Shown piece after piece: positions 18,405 to 27,491 of a stretch of 64,000 bases of DNA. The DNA lies in NCBI GenBank assembly GCA_964401675.1, contig CAYNZD010000001.1:12007-76006 (forward strand), in the 5' to 3' direction. Each line of letters starts with the position of its first letter. Position 1 is the stretch's first letter. Under the pieces are notes generated by a model, which saw nothing but the letters and a program-made list of their open reading frames with translations, searched no databases and was not told where the DNA came from. This stretch comes from Candidatus Woesearchaeota archaeon (GTDB taxonomy: Archaea; Nanobdellota; Nanobdellia; Pacearchaeales; GW2011-AR1). The position numbers and the translations under genes were made by a program.

Positions 18405-20375
18405 ATGGCGTACAATACGACAAGTTATGAATCTATTTATGAAGGAGGTGCGAGTTCGCTTAGTCCCGATTATGGAAATTTTACTGGTTATCGGATGAGT
18501 GCAGCACAGTTGGGTTTTCCTGGGTCTCCACAAACAGCTAATCAGCTAGGAGAAACAATTAATGCATTGAAACAAGGAGTGAAGGCGTTTGAAGTTACAA
18601 TGCTTACGCCTGATACAGCTGAAACAATTCCGACACAACATTTTAAGGAAATGAGAGCGCTAATGAAGCTCAGTGGAGTTAAGCCTTCGGTGCATGGCCC
18701 AATGATTGACGCGGCTGGTTTTGATGAGAAAGGTAATTGGGGTAATGGATTTGGGAGAGAAGATGCGGAAAGAAGAATGTTTGACACGATAGAGAAAGCT
18801 GCGATATTAGATTCAAAGGGAAATGTTCCCGTTGTTTTTCATTCTTCGGCGGGAGCACCGGGTGCGGAATTTAGACCGGGGAAAAAGGAATGGGGAGAGA
18901 AGGGAGACATTATGCAAAGGGGTGCAATGATTAATAGGGAAACTGGAGCGGCTCAGGGTATTAAAAGAGAATATAAACTTAGACCAGAAGCTCCTGGACT
19001 TTTAGATAAGGGCGGAGAGATTACTGGACGCGACGAGAAGGGAAGGTTGACTTATGAACATATAAAAGACCGTCCTGCGGGAGTTTTGTTTAGTGCAGAA
19101 GGTACTATTAATGCTGCAAATTTGGGTGATTGGGAAGGAAAATTAATGGAAGTTGCTCAGATGAATAAACACGCAGAAGAGATTATGGGATTGGCACATT
19201 TAAAATTAAGGGACTATGGTAATGCTTTTATTGACAAAGACGGAAGAATTGTTGATTTTAAGGAGGGCGAAAAGACGAGGAGAGATTTAAAACCTTTTAA
19301 TGAAGATGCTGAGCAGGTTGATTCTTATAACAAGCTAAAGAGAGCAGATTTGTTTCTTGAAAATGCTGATTTGTCCTTTAAATCGGCTTTTCATCAAGCA
19401 TATAAATATTCAGATAGTAATCAAAAAAAGAAATTAAAGAAATTGTCTGAGAAGTATGCTGACGATATAGATGCTGCCTCAAGAGCCATAAGAATGGGAG
19501 ATAATATTGGAGTAGGCATATGGAATCCCGTCAAAAAGCATGAGGTCCTTACTGAATCTCTTAATAAGCTGAAAGAGCTTACCGACCCTAATTTAGGGGG
19601 AAAGCTTCCAAAAATTTACCAAGAGGCGAATGCTTTTGCGATGGATAAGGCGTCAGAAACTTTTGGGAATTTGGCAATGAAATCTTATAATAAGCTTGGT
19701 GAGAAGAAATCACCTGTTTTAGCTATTGAGCCGTTTCATCCTGGGGCGGGGCTGTCTAGTACTGATGATATGATTAAGCTAGTTAAAGAATCTAGGAAAA
19801 AATTCGCGAAACAATTAGTTGAAGATAAAAATTTCAACGAGGAGAGGGCGAAAAAAATTGCAGAAAGTAAAATTGGTGTGACATGGGATGTTGGCCATAT
19901 TAACATGATTAAAAAATATGGATTTACAGATAAAGATATTGTGGAACAAACTAAGAAAATCGCACCCATGGTTAAACATATCCACCTGACTGATAATTTT
20001 GGTCATGCGGATACACATTTAGCTCCCGGGATGGGGAATGTTCCCATTAAGGATATTTTGGAGGAGTTGGAAAAGACGGGAAGACTTGATGAGATGAGAA
20101 AAATTACAGAGGCAGGGGCATTTGTTCAGCATTTTAAAAAATCGCCGCATCCTTTGACAATGGCTGCATTTGGTTCGCCGATATATGGGATGAAGTCTGC
20201 ACCATATTGGAACCAGGTGATGGATATTCAGGGCTCATACTTCGGTGGATATGGAACCGTTAATCCTTCTCAGCATCATTCAATATATGGATCGGGATTT
20301 ACTACAATGCCAGTTGAACTAGGTGGACAAATGCCTGGTGGACAATCTAGACTCAGTGGAACTCCGATGGCTTAG
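18405..20375 (+). CDS. endonuclease IV / xylose-isomerase-like TIM-barrel protein with a ~270-aa insertion and Gly/Tyr/Ser-rich termini
   Basis: Segments align to Nfo/AP_endonuc_2 motifs. SVHGPMIDAAG matches AHVSAAGG, VVFHSSAGAPG matches NFHPGSH, LAIEPFHPGAG matches VIENTAGQG, IGVTWDVGHINM matches VCIDTCHAFAAG, and HIHLTDNFGHADTHLAPGMGNVP matches MHLNDAKS..DRHHSLGEGNIG. The first and second halves of the barrel are about 270 aa apart. The track start is TTG 18399, with an ATG at 18405. Confidence 0.5.
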   Translation: MAYNTTSYESIYEGGASSLSPDYGNFTGYRMSAAQLGFPGSPQTANQLGETINALKQGVKAFEVTMLTPDTAETIPTQHFKEMRALMKLSGVKPSVHGPMIDAAGFDEKGNWGNGFGREDAERRMFDTIEKAAILDSKGNVPVVFHSSAGAPGAEFRPGKKEWGEKGDIMQRGAMINRETGAAQGIKREYKLRPEAPGLLDKGGEITGRDEKGRLTYEHIKDRPAGVLFSAEGTINAANLGDWEGKLMEVAQMNKHAEEIMGLAHLKLRDYGNAFIDKDGRIVDFKEGEKTRRDLKPFNEDAEQVDSYNKLKRADLFLENADLSFKSAFHQAYKYSDSNQKKKLKKLSEKYADDIDAASRAIRMGDNIGVGIWNPVKKHEVLTESLNKLKELTDPNLGGKLPKIYQEANAFAMDKASETFGNLAMKSYNKLGEKKSPVLAIEPFHPGAGLSSTDDMIKLVKESRKKFAKQLVEDKNFNEERAKKIAESKIGVTWDVGHINMIKKYGFTDKDIVEQTKKIAPMVKHIHLTDNFGHADTHLAPGMGNVPIKDILEELEKTGRLDEMRKITEAGAFVQHFKKSPHPLTMAAFGSPIYGMKSAPYWNQVMDIQGSYFGGYGTVNPSQHHSIYGSGFTTMPVELGGQMPGGQSRLSGTPMA

Positions 20376-20454
20376 GAAATTTTTTATTTTCAATTAACTT
20401 TAAAAGTTATTAATTTTTTAGATGATAAGGTGACAATTTTTATTGTTGAATATT

Positions 20455-22236
20455 AAAATGGAAAATAAAAAAATAGGAAATCCAATATGGAATGTTATTA
20501 AAACAGAATGGAAATACTTGGGAGATCGGAAAAAGATTTTTGTTTTGTATATGTCTCTATTTGTTATAGCAGGAATAATAAATTTACTTAATCCGTTGGT
20601 AATTGGACTTATTTTTAATTCAATTCAGCAAACTATTGGTTCTGACGCAGAATTGAAAAAATTGATTTCTATGATTTTTTTACTTTTAGCACTTACAATT
20701 GGATTTTGGATTTTTCATGGAGCAGGAAGGATTCTCGAGGAGTTGACAGGTTTTCAGGTTCAAAGAAATTATACTAATTCGAAAATTAAAAGGATTTTAG
20801 AATTGCCGGTGAGATGGCATAAAGACCATCATTCAGGAGACACAATCGACAAAGTTAATAGAGGGAGAAATGCTATTGGTTCTTTTTCAGAGTCTGCTAC
20901 TTTCTCAATAGTTTATGCAATTCTGAATATTTTTGGAGCTTTAATAATTTTGTTTTTTATAGATAAAAAAATAGCTATTTTTGCCATGGTATTTTCTTTT
21001 TCAGTTTTGTTTGCAATAATGAAAATTGATAAAAGATTATCTAGATATTATCAAAAATTGAATAAATACAGCAATAAGCTTTCTTCTGCAATTTTTGATT
21101 ATTTAAGCAATATTATGACGGTTATTACTTTACGTTTGAAAAAAACGGTATCGCAAGAAATCGATGATAAATTTATGGCAGCATATAAAATTAATAAAAA
21201 GAGTTTATTTTTGAATGAATTTAAATGGGGGTTCGCAAGTATCTCTATCTCTCTCATGACCGTGTTGGCTTTAAGCTATAGGGCATATTCTGATTATTAT
21301 AGTGGTGGAATAATTTTAATTGGAACTCTTTATATGTTATATGGCTATCTGAAAACAGTCGGAAATACTTTTTATGAATTTGCTCATTTGTATGGAACTA
21401 TTATAAAATATGATGCAAGAATTCGGGGCGCATATCCAATTGACGAGGCGTTTGAAAAAATTGGAGAGGAATCCAATGGAAGATTGCCTTATGGGTGGAA
21501 AGAAATTGAATTGAAAAATTTAAATTTCAAATACGATCATTCTATTGAAAAGAGCAACCTTAAGGATGTTAACGTTAAATTTAAAAATGGGCAAAAGATT
21601 GCTTTAGTCGGCGAAAGTGGTTCGGGTAAAAGTACAATTTTGTCTATTATTAGGGGACTTTATCCCACTGACAAGGGAAGTGTTTATTTTGATGGCATGA
21701 AATTGAAGAAAGGTATCAATGAGCTTAAGCAAAGCGTTAGCTTGATTCCACAGGACCCTGAAATTTTTAATAATACAATTAAATATAATATGACAATGGA
21801 TTTGAAAACCAGCAAGGAAGATTTGATGAAAGCTGTTAAAATGGCGAGATTTGGCGACGTGGTTAAGAGATTGGAAAATGGATTAGATACTAACGTTTTA
21901 GAAAAAGGAGTTTCGTTGAGTGGCGGAGAAAAGCAAAGACTTGCATTAGTTCGAGGATTACTTGCTGCAAGAAAAAGTGATATTGTTTTATTGGACGAGC
22001 CAACGAGCAGTGTAGATAGCTTGAATGAGATGAAAATTCATGATAACATATTTAAGGAATTTGAAGATAAAACAATTATATCCTCGATACATAGGCTTCA
22101 TCTTCTTGATAAGTTTGATTATATTTATATGTTTGAGCAAGGAAAAATAATAGCAGAAGGAAATTTGGAAGAGATTAAGAAAAATATAAAGTTCATGTAT
22201 ATATGGAGAAAATATGGGGCAGGAAGAAAAAAATAG
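20455..22236 (+). CDS. ABC transporter, fused permease and ATP-binding protein (MsbA-like exporter)
   Basis: N-terminal TM helices are followed by Walker A (GESGSGKST), the ABC signature (LSGGEKQRLALVRGL) and Walker B (IVLLDEPTSSVD). Confidence 0.8.
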   Translation, partial: KMENKKIGNPIWNVIKTEWKYLGDRKKIFVLYMSLFVIAGIINLLNPLVIGLIFNSIQQTIGSDAELKKLISMIFLLLALTIGFWIFHGAGRILEELTGFQVQRNYTNSKIKRILELPVRWHKDHHSGDTIDKVNRGRNAIGSFSESATFSIVYAILNIFGALIILFFIDKKIAIFAMVFSFSVLFAIMKIDKRLSRYYQKLNKYSNKLSSAIFDYLSNIMTVITLRLKKTVSQEIDDKFMAAYKINKKSLFLNEFKWGFASISISLMTVLALSYRAYSDYYSGGIILIGTLYMLYGYLKTVGNTFYEFAHLYGTIIKYDARIRGAYPIDEAFEKIGEESNGRLPYGWKEIELKNLNFKYDHSIEKSNLKDVNVKFKNGQKIALVGESGSGKSTILSIIRGLYPTDKGSVYFDGMKLKKGINELKQSVSLIPQDPEIFNNTIKYNMTMDLKTSKEDLMKAVKMARFGDVVKRLENGLDTNVLEKGVSLSGGEKQRLALVRGLLAARKSDIVLLDEPTSSVDSLNEMKIHDNIFKEFEDKTIISSIHRLHLLDKFDYIYMFEQGKIIAEGNLEEIKKNIKFMYIWRKYGAGRKK

Positions 22237-22256
22237 GGCAAAAATTTATAACAACC

Positions 22257-22265
22257 TTTATAAAA
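22257..22265 (+). promoter_or_regulatory. TATA box (tttataaaa) about 30 nt upstream of ATG 22294
   Basis: AT-rich TATA-like element at leaderless spacing. Confidence 0.3.
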
Positions 22266-22293
22266 TATAATTGCTACTAATTATTAGTAAAAG

Positions 22294-23220
22294 ATGGTGA
22301 AGAAAATAGCTAAGAAAGCAAATAAAAGCGTTGGAAATTTTGCGCATCCTAAATCGAAGAAGCCTAAAGTGAATTCTGGAAAAAAAGTGGAGTCAAAATA
22401 TATAACGAAAACTATGAAAAAAGAAGTGCCGACTTTGGCAATTGCGGGCGAGCGTGAAATTGCTTCGGATTTTGCAATAAAAGTTTATGATAAATTTGAT
22501 CAGATGATTAAATCAATTATTTTGTTTGGGTCTTCGGCAAAGAAAGTTGCGACTGCGGGTTCCGATATTGATATTATTATTATTATTGACGATGTTTCGG
22601 TGAGATGGGATCAAAGTTTAATTGCTTGGTATCGCGAAGAACTTGGGAAAATAGTTAAAGCAAATCCCTATGCTAAAACATTGCATATTAATACAGTTAA
22701 GTTGTCTACGTGGTGGGACGATATGATGAGGGGAGATCCGGTTGTAATTAATATTTTAAGATATGGAGATGCACTAGTTGACATTGGAGGATTTTTTAAT
22801 CCGTTGCGAATTTTATTAAAAGAAGGCAGAATTCGTTCTACCCCTGAATCAATTTATACATTGTTACAGAGAGCGCCAGGACATCTTACTAGAGCAAAGC
22901 AATCAATGCTTGCAGTTGTTGATGGGCTTTATTGGACGATGGTTGATTCGGCACATGCGGCTTTAATTGCTGCAGATGTTATGCCATCTTCTCCCGAGGC
23001 AATTCCAGAAGTTTTAACTGAAAAATTTGTTAAGGAGAAAAAGCTTGATAAGAAATATGTTGATTATTATTCTGAGATTCACATAGTTGCCAAAGAAATT
23101 ATTCACGGCAAAATGACCTCTGTTAAAGGTAGCGATTTAGATAATTGGTTTGAGAAAACGGATGATTTCTTGGGAGAAATGGCAAAATTAGTTGATTCTT
23201 TAATTGATAGCAAGGAATAG
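22294..23220 (+). CDS. Pol-beta-superfamily nucleotidyltransferase with a C-terminal helical domain (KNTase-like architecture)
   Basis: Basic N-terminal tail, followed by the NTase motif ILFGSSAKKVATAGSDIDIIIIID (GS ... DxD). It is a paralog of the 23661 gene across the C-terminal region (SPEAIPEVL is similar to SPEAIDMFM). Confidence 0.65.
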   Translation: MVKKIAKKANKSVGNFAHPKSKKPKVNSGKKVESKYITKTMKKEVPTLAIAGEREIASDFAIKVYDKFDQMIKSIILFGSSAKKVATAGSDIDIIIIIDDVSVRWDQSLIAWYREELGKIVKANPYAKTLHINTVKLSTWWDDMMRGDPVVINILRYGDALVDIGGFFNPLRILLKEGRIRSTPESIYTLLQRAPGHLTRAKQSMLAVVDGLYWTMVDSAHAALIAADVMPSSPEAIPEVLTEKFVKEKKLDKKYVDYYSEIHIVAKEIIHGKMTSVKGSDLDNWFEKTDDFLGEMAKLVDSLIDSKE

Positions 23221-23271
23221 TAGAGTAGACGCCTCAAGAAAATTTTTATATTTTATTTAACAAATATTAAT

Positions 23272-23616
23272 ATGAGAAATAAAAAAATTGTGATATTACT
23301 GGAAATTTTGTTTCATGATAGCTAGTTCGTCAGCCTCATCCTTAAATGCTGTGGGAAATATTACGCAACTGGAAATATAACTTTAAGTCAGAAAATAGTT
23401 TTTAGCCCTGGAGAAATAATCGATAATGTCCTTAATGGTTTAGTTAGAGTTATGGGAGGATTGAATGTTATAAATAGTTCTGGAAATAGTAAATTTTTTG
23501 GAAATGTTACTTCTGGAAATGTGGGGATAGAAACTTCGGAGCCGAATGAAACTTTGCATGTGCAAGGTACAGACCCTGTTTTTGTAACTGGTGGAAAAAT
23601 AACCTATTCTTATTAA
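23272..23616 (+). pseudogene. gene remnant: a short frame interrupted by an in-frame TAG, encoding a beta-helix or tail-fibre-like repeat fragment
   Basis: ATG 23272, then MRNKKIVILLEILFHDS, then TAG at 23323-23325. The frame continues FVSLILKCCGKYYATGNITLSQ...GNVTSGNVGIETSEPNETLHVQGTDPVFVTGGKITYSY to TAA 23614-23616. TAG is used as a stop elsewhere (for example at 9906). Nothing is intact. Confidence 0.35.
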
Positions 23617-23660
23617 TCAAAAGTAACAACATTTAAAAACAAAAAACACAATATCTAGTT

Positions 23661-25505
23661 ATGACAGAACACAAAAGTAATTCTGAAGAAAAATCGGTAG
23701 AACAAAATTTAGAGAAAGATTATAAATCAAAAACTGAAAGCTTGCCAGTATCAAATCAAATCGATGATGCATTAAAGAAAAAAATGAATATAACGCAAAA
23801 AGATATTGAAAAGTTCAAAACAGAATTTCTGAAAAAATACAAATCGGCCGAAGCTATGGGCATAGTTCCTGCGCAAGCCGCAGAAAAAATAGAAGAAGAA
23901 TATGAAATTTCTGAAGAAGATGCAAAAAGAAAGCTAATACATCTCGTAGTATTTATTCCAGAAAAACAATTCAAAAATATAGCGCAGATTCGATTAGACG
24001 CGATATCAACAGCAAAAAAAATCAACGACAAATTTTGGATACATGTAATGACACCGGTTGACTATTGGAACTTGGGTCTTGATTCAAAATTCGAAGTAAT
24101 GGAAGCAATAGCAATGTCCTATCCAATTATGGATAAGGGCATCTTGAGCCATATACGGGTTGCCCAAATTCACAAATCTCTTGTTTTAAAAAAATTCGAA
24201 AAATATGTAACATCTTATGTAATTGGTGGTTCATTAACGACGGGTACAACAAAAAAAGATTCAGATGTAGACGTTTTCATAGTTATCGACGACACAGACG
24301 TAAAACGAATGCCAAGATTAGAACTTAAAGAAAAACTTCGAGGTATAATTTATTCTTATATTCAAGAAGCAGAAGCAATTGCGGGTGTGAACAAAAACAC
24401 GTTGAATGTTCAGGTTTATTTAATAACAGAATTTTGGGAAGCAGTAAAAGATGCTCATCCCGTAATGTTCACATTTATTCGAGACGGCATCCCATTATAT
24501 GACAGAGGTACGTTTCTTCCATGGAAATCTTTATTACGAATGGGGAAAATCAAACCAAGCCCAGAAGCAATTGATATGTTTATGTCTTCAGGAAATAAAC
24601 TCAAGGAAACAATAGAAAAACGAATCTTTGACGTTGCAACGCTGGATTTATTTTGGGGAATTTCAACACCAACTCAGGGATTATTAATGCTTTACGGACT
24701 CGCTCCACCAAACGTTTACGAAACTGTAAAGCAATTCAGAGAAGTTTTTGTAAAAAAAGAAAAATTAGTTGAACAAAAATATGCAGATATTCTCGAAGAA
24801 ATTGTTATTAAAGTTTGGAAAGCATACGAACATGGAAAAATTAAGCCAGGAGACATAGATGGCAAAAAGCTCGACCAATTATCCAAAGACGCCTTAGATT
24901 ATATTAAAAGATTAAAAGAATTAAGAGAACAAATTGAGAAACGAATTCAGGAAAAATCAATAGAGCAAATTTATAATGATGTTTTTGGAATGTTGGGATC
25001 GTTACTAAAGAAAAAGTCCGAAGTGGAAATATTGAAAAAATTCAACGAAAAACTAATTCAAGAAGGACGTTTTCCTCCAAGATTTTTGGATAATTTAAAA
25101 TTAATTTCTAAAACAAAGAAGAATATTTCAAAAATCAAGAAAGGTATGAAAAAAGATAATCTAACATTAAAACAAAGTCAGGATGTTGATAATGCGAGAA
25201 AACTAGCAATGGAAATTACGACAGCGCTAGTGGAATACAGCCAGCGATGCGAATTGGCAGTATTAAAAAAATCACGATTCTTGATTGAAGGCAAAGATAC
25301 AAGTGCGGAAATTTTCTTTCTTTCAAGCACTTTTATAGTTCAAGGTTCAAAAATTCAAAAAATATTCGGTGAAAAATTGATAAAATCAAATTCAAAAGAA
25401 TTACAAGAACAACTTGAAAAACAAAAAAACAAAAAAACAAAAATTGATTTTGAATCTCTTGAAATTCTCAAAAAAATATTCGGCAAATTTGATTTAGTTT
25501 ATTAA
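23661..25505 (+). CDS. large Pol-beta-superfamily nucleotidyltransferase paralog (614 aa) with N- and C-terminal extensions
   Basis: NTase motif VIGGSLTTGTTKKDSDVDVFIVIDD. The downstream helical region is homologous to the 22294 protein. It has an extra ~180-aa N-terminal region and a ~200-aa Lys-rich C-terminal region. Confidence 0.6.
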   Translation: MTEHKSNSEEKSVEQNLEKDYKSKTESLPVSNQIDDALKKKMNITQKDIEKFKTEFLKKYKSAEAMGIVPAQAAEKIEEEYEISEEDAKRKLIHLVVFIPEKQFKNIAQIRLDAISTAKKINDKFWIHVMTPVDYWNLGLDSKFEVMEAIAMSYPIMDKGILSHIRVAQIHKSLVLKKFEKYVTSYVIGGSLTTGTTKKDSDVDVFIVIDDTDVKRMPRLELKEKLRGIIYSYIQEAEAIAGVNKNTLNVQVYLITEFWEAVKDAHPVMFTFIRDGIPLYDRGTFLPWKSLLRMGKIKPSPEAIDMFMSSGNKLKETIEKRIFDVATLDLFWGISTPTQGLLMLYGLAPPNVYETVKQFREVFVKKEKLVEQKYADILEEIVIKVWKAYEHGKIKPGDIDGKKLDQLSKDALDYIKRLKELREQIEKRIQEKSIEQIYNDVFGMLGSLLKKKSEVEILKKFNEKLIQEGRFPPRFLDNLKLISKTKKNISKIKKGMKKDNLTLKQSQDVDNARKLAMEITTALVEYSQRCELAVLKKSRFLIEGKDTSAEIFFLSSTFIVQGSKIQKIFGEKLIKSNSKELQEQLEKQKNKKTKIDFESLEILKKIFGKFDLVY

Positions 25506-25543
25506 AAGATTAAATTTATAAAGCAATTTTTCGGACAACTAAT

Positions 25544-25810
25544 ATGGTTACTGCAAAGGTTATCCAATTTCGCAGAGGGCGAAAAAATTATACTCCTAGA
25601 CACTTCCTTCTCGAAATTCCAGGGATTGATTCTCGAGAAAAAGCAAAAGAATTCGTTGGCAAAACAGCTAATTGGAAATCCCCAGGCAAAGAACCAAAAA
25701 TAATCACAGGTAAAATTTCTTCAGCGCATGGTGGAAATGGCGTTGTCCGAGCAATCTTCGAGAGAGGTTTGCCAGGTCAAGCAATCGGCACTGATGTTGA
25801 GGTAAACTAA
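25544..25810 (+). CDS. rpl35ae: 50S ribosomal protein L35Ae
   Basis: 88 aa reading MVTAKVIQFRRGRKNYTPRHFLLEIPGIDSREKAKEFVGK..., an L35Ae-family pattern. Confidence 0.8.
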   Translation: MVTAKVIQFRRGRKNYTPRHFLLEIPGIDSREKAKEFVGKTANWKSPGKEPKIITGKISSAHGGNGVVRAIFERGLPGQAIGTDVEVN

Positions 25811-25811
25811 A

Positions 25812-26345
25812 ATGGCATTAAGAAAGGCATCGGCATACAGCAAGCGTTACGCAAGACCCTACACGCGTAAGTCCAAAAAACGAACTAAGTCTTATATTAA
25901 AACGGTTCCAAATTCCAAAATCGTAAAATTCAAAATGGGTGACCTCAAAGGTTTTACAGAGGAAAAATATCCTATTCAACTTCATGTAATCTCAAAAGAA
26001 AATTGTCAAATTCGGGACAATTCAATTGAAGCAGTCCGGCAGTTTTTAAATCGTTTTCTTCAAATTAAAGTTGGAAAAGAGTTTTATTTAGAGGTGAAAA
26101 TTTATCCACACCATATACTAAGGGAAAATAAAATGCTTACTGGAGCAGGAGCTGACCGTATGCAAACGGGTATGAGTCGGTCTTTTGGCAAAACAATTGG
26201 TCGAGCAGCGTTAGTAAAATCAGACCAAGTACTTTACATTGTAGGAGTTAAAAATACAAAAGCAGAAACAGAAGCAAGAAAATTAATCAGATCTATAAAG
26301 GCGAGATTAGCATGCAAGGTCACAACAAAAACTATTAAAGCTTAA
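25812..26345 (+). CDS. rpl10e: 50S ribosomal protein L10e (uL16)
   Basis: MALRKASAYSKRYARPYTRKSK... is a conserved L10e N-terminus. The gene is 177 aa. Confidence 0.85.
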   Translation: MALRKASAYSKRYARPYTRKSKKRTKSYIKTVPNSKIVKFKMGDLKGFTEEKYPIQLHVISKENCQIRDNSIEAVRQFLNRFLQIKVGKEFYLEVKIYPHHILRENKMLTGAGADRMQTGMSRSFGKTIGRAALVKSDQVLYIVGVKNTKAETEARKLIRSIKARLACKVTTKTIKA

Positions 26346-26348
26346 CTT

Positions 26349-27425
26349 ATGGAAAGCACATTTTTTATTCTAGGCAGAAACCCTAAGCTATCGAGAGCAG
26401 AAGTCCTCGAATTTCTGAAGTCCAGAAACATAAAACATAAAGAAATTCTATTCGAAAAAAACCTTCTAATTATAGATACCGAAGAAAAATTTAATATCCA
26501 AGAATTTGGCGGAATAATATGGCTCGGACAAATAAATTTTGAAGGAGAATCTCAAGAATTCGAAAAATATATTGGACTAAATGAAATCATCCCAAGCGAC
26601 AAATTCTCGTATGCCATATTTGGCAATCAAGATACACAAATTCTAAAAGACAAGTTCAAAAAAGAAAAGAAAAAAGCAACAATAAAACATGGACGGAAAC
26701 AAATTAAATTTCAGGATGGTGAAAAACACGAACTTCCATCAGCAGATTTTTATATTTTTTATCACGAATATAAGGATACAATTTATTTCGGTATAGTAAC
26801 GCAATCTTATGACAATACAGAAATAAAAAACCGTGACATGAATAAACCTGTCAGAAGAGAATCCCTCGCGATTTCACCTAGACTTGCAAAAATATTAATT
26901 AATTTATCGGGAGCAAAACAAAACGATTTATTTTTAGATCCTTTCTGTGGTGTAGGCGGTATACTTCAAGAAGCACTCTTGAAAAAAATAAACGTTCATG
27001 GAATAGACAAGGATAAATCTGCCACAGAGGATGCCAAAATAAATATAAAATGGCTCAGCTCTCAATATAACATAAAAAATGCCCATAAAATTGAAAATAA
27101 TAATTCCAAAGATGCTCCAAACTTACAATTTGATGCAATCGCAACCGAAACGCCACTTGGGGAAGTTCTTAGAAAAAAGCCAAATGACAATCAAGCAAAA
27201 AAAATCATCTTAGATTTTGAGAGCCACATTATTCCAATTTTAAGACGATTAAAAATAATAAAAAAACCACTTGCAAAAATTGCCATAACACTTCCGACAA
27301 TCAGAACATTTCACGCAGATGCTGAAAAAATTGCTGAAAAAACTGGATTAAAAATTTATACAAATCCAATATTAGAATCTCGTCCTGACCAATACATCTC
27401 CAGAGACATCATGGTTTTTCAATAA
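26349..27425 (+). CDS. class I SAM-dependent RNA methyltransferase (Trm11/Trm-G10 or RlmL-like)
   Basis: Motif I LDPFCGVGGILQEA (DPFCGxG is typical of N2-G/N6-A RNA MTases). A ~190-aa N-terminal domain is possibly THUMP-like. The candidate motif IV TETPLG is divergent. Confidence 0.5.
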   Translation: MESTFFILGRNPKLSRAEVLEFLKSRNIKHKEILFEKNLLIIDTEEKFNIQEFGGIIWLGQINFEGESQEFEKYIGLNEIIPSDKFSYAIFGNQDTQILKDKFKKEKKKATIKHGRKQIKFQDGEKHELPSADFYIFYHEYKDTIYFGIVTQSYDNTEIKNRDMNKPVRRESLAISPRLAKILINLSGAKQNDLFLDPFCGVGGILQEALLKKINVHGIDKDKSATEDAKINIKWLSSQYNIKNAHKIENNNSKDAPNLQFDAIATETPLGEVLRKKPNDNQAKKIILDFESHIIPILRRLKIIKKPLAKIAITLPTIRTFHADAEKIAEKTGLKIYTNPILESRPDQYISRDIMVFQ

Positions 27426-27491
27426 TTTAGTTACTCCTTTAAAGACACAACAAAACAAAACCTTTATATACCCAATTTAACGTATTTTCAT

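Noticed and set aside
23221-23660. dif/XerA-like site at the skew junction
   Set aside because: There are only short AT-rich palindromes (ATATTAATAT) and a GGAAATAT direct repeat. Neither is distinctive enough in this AT-rich DNA to call a recombination site.
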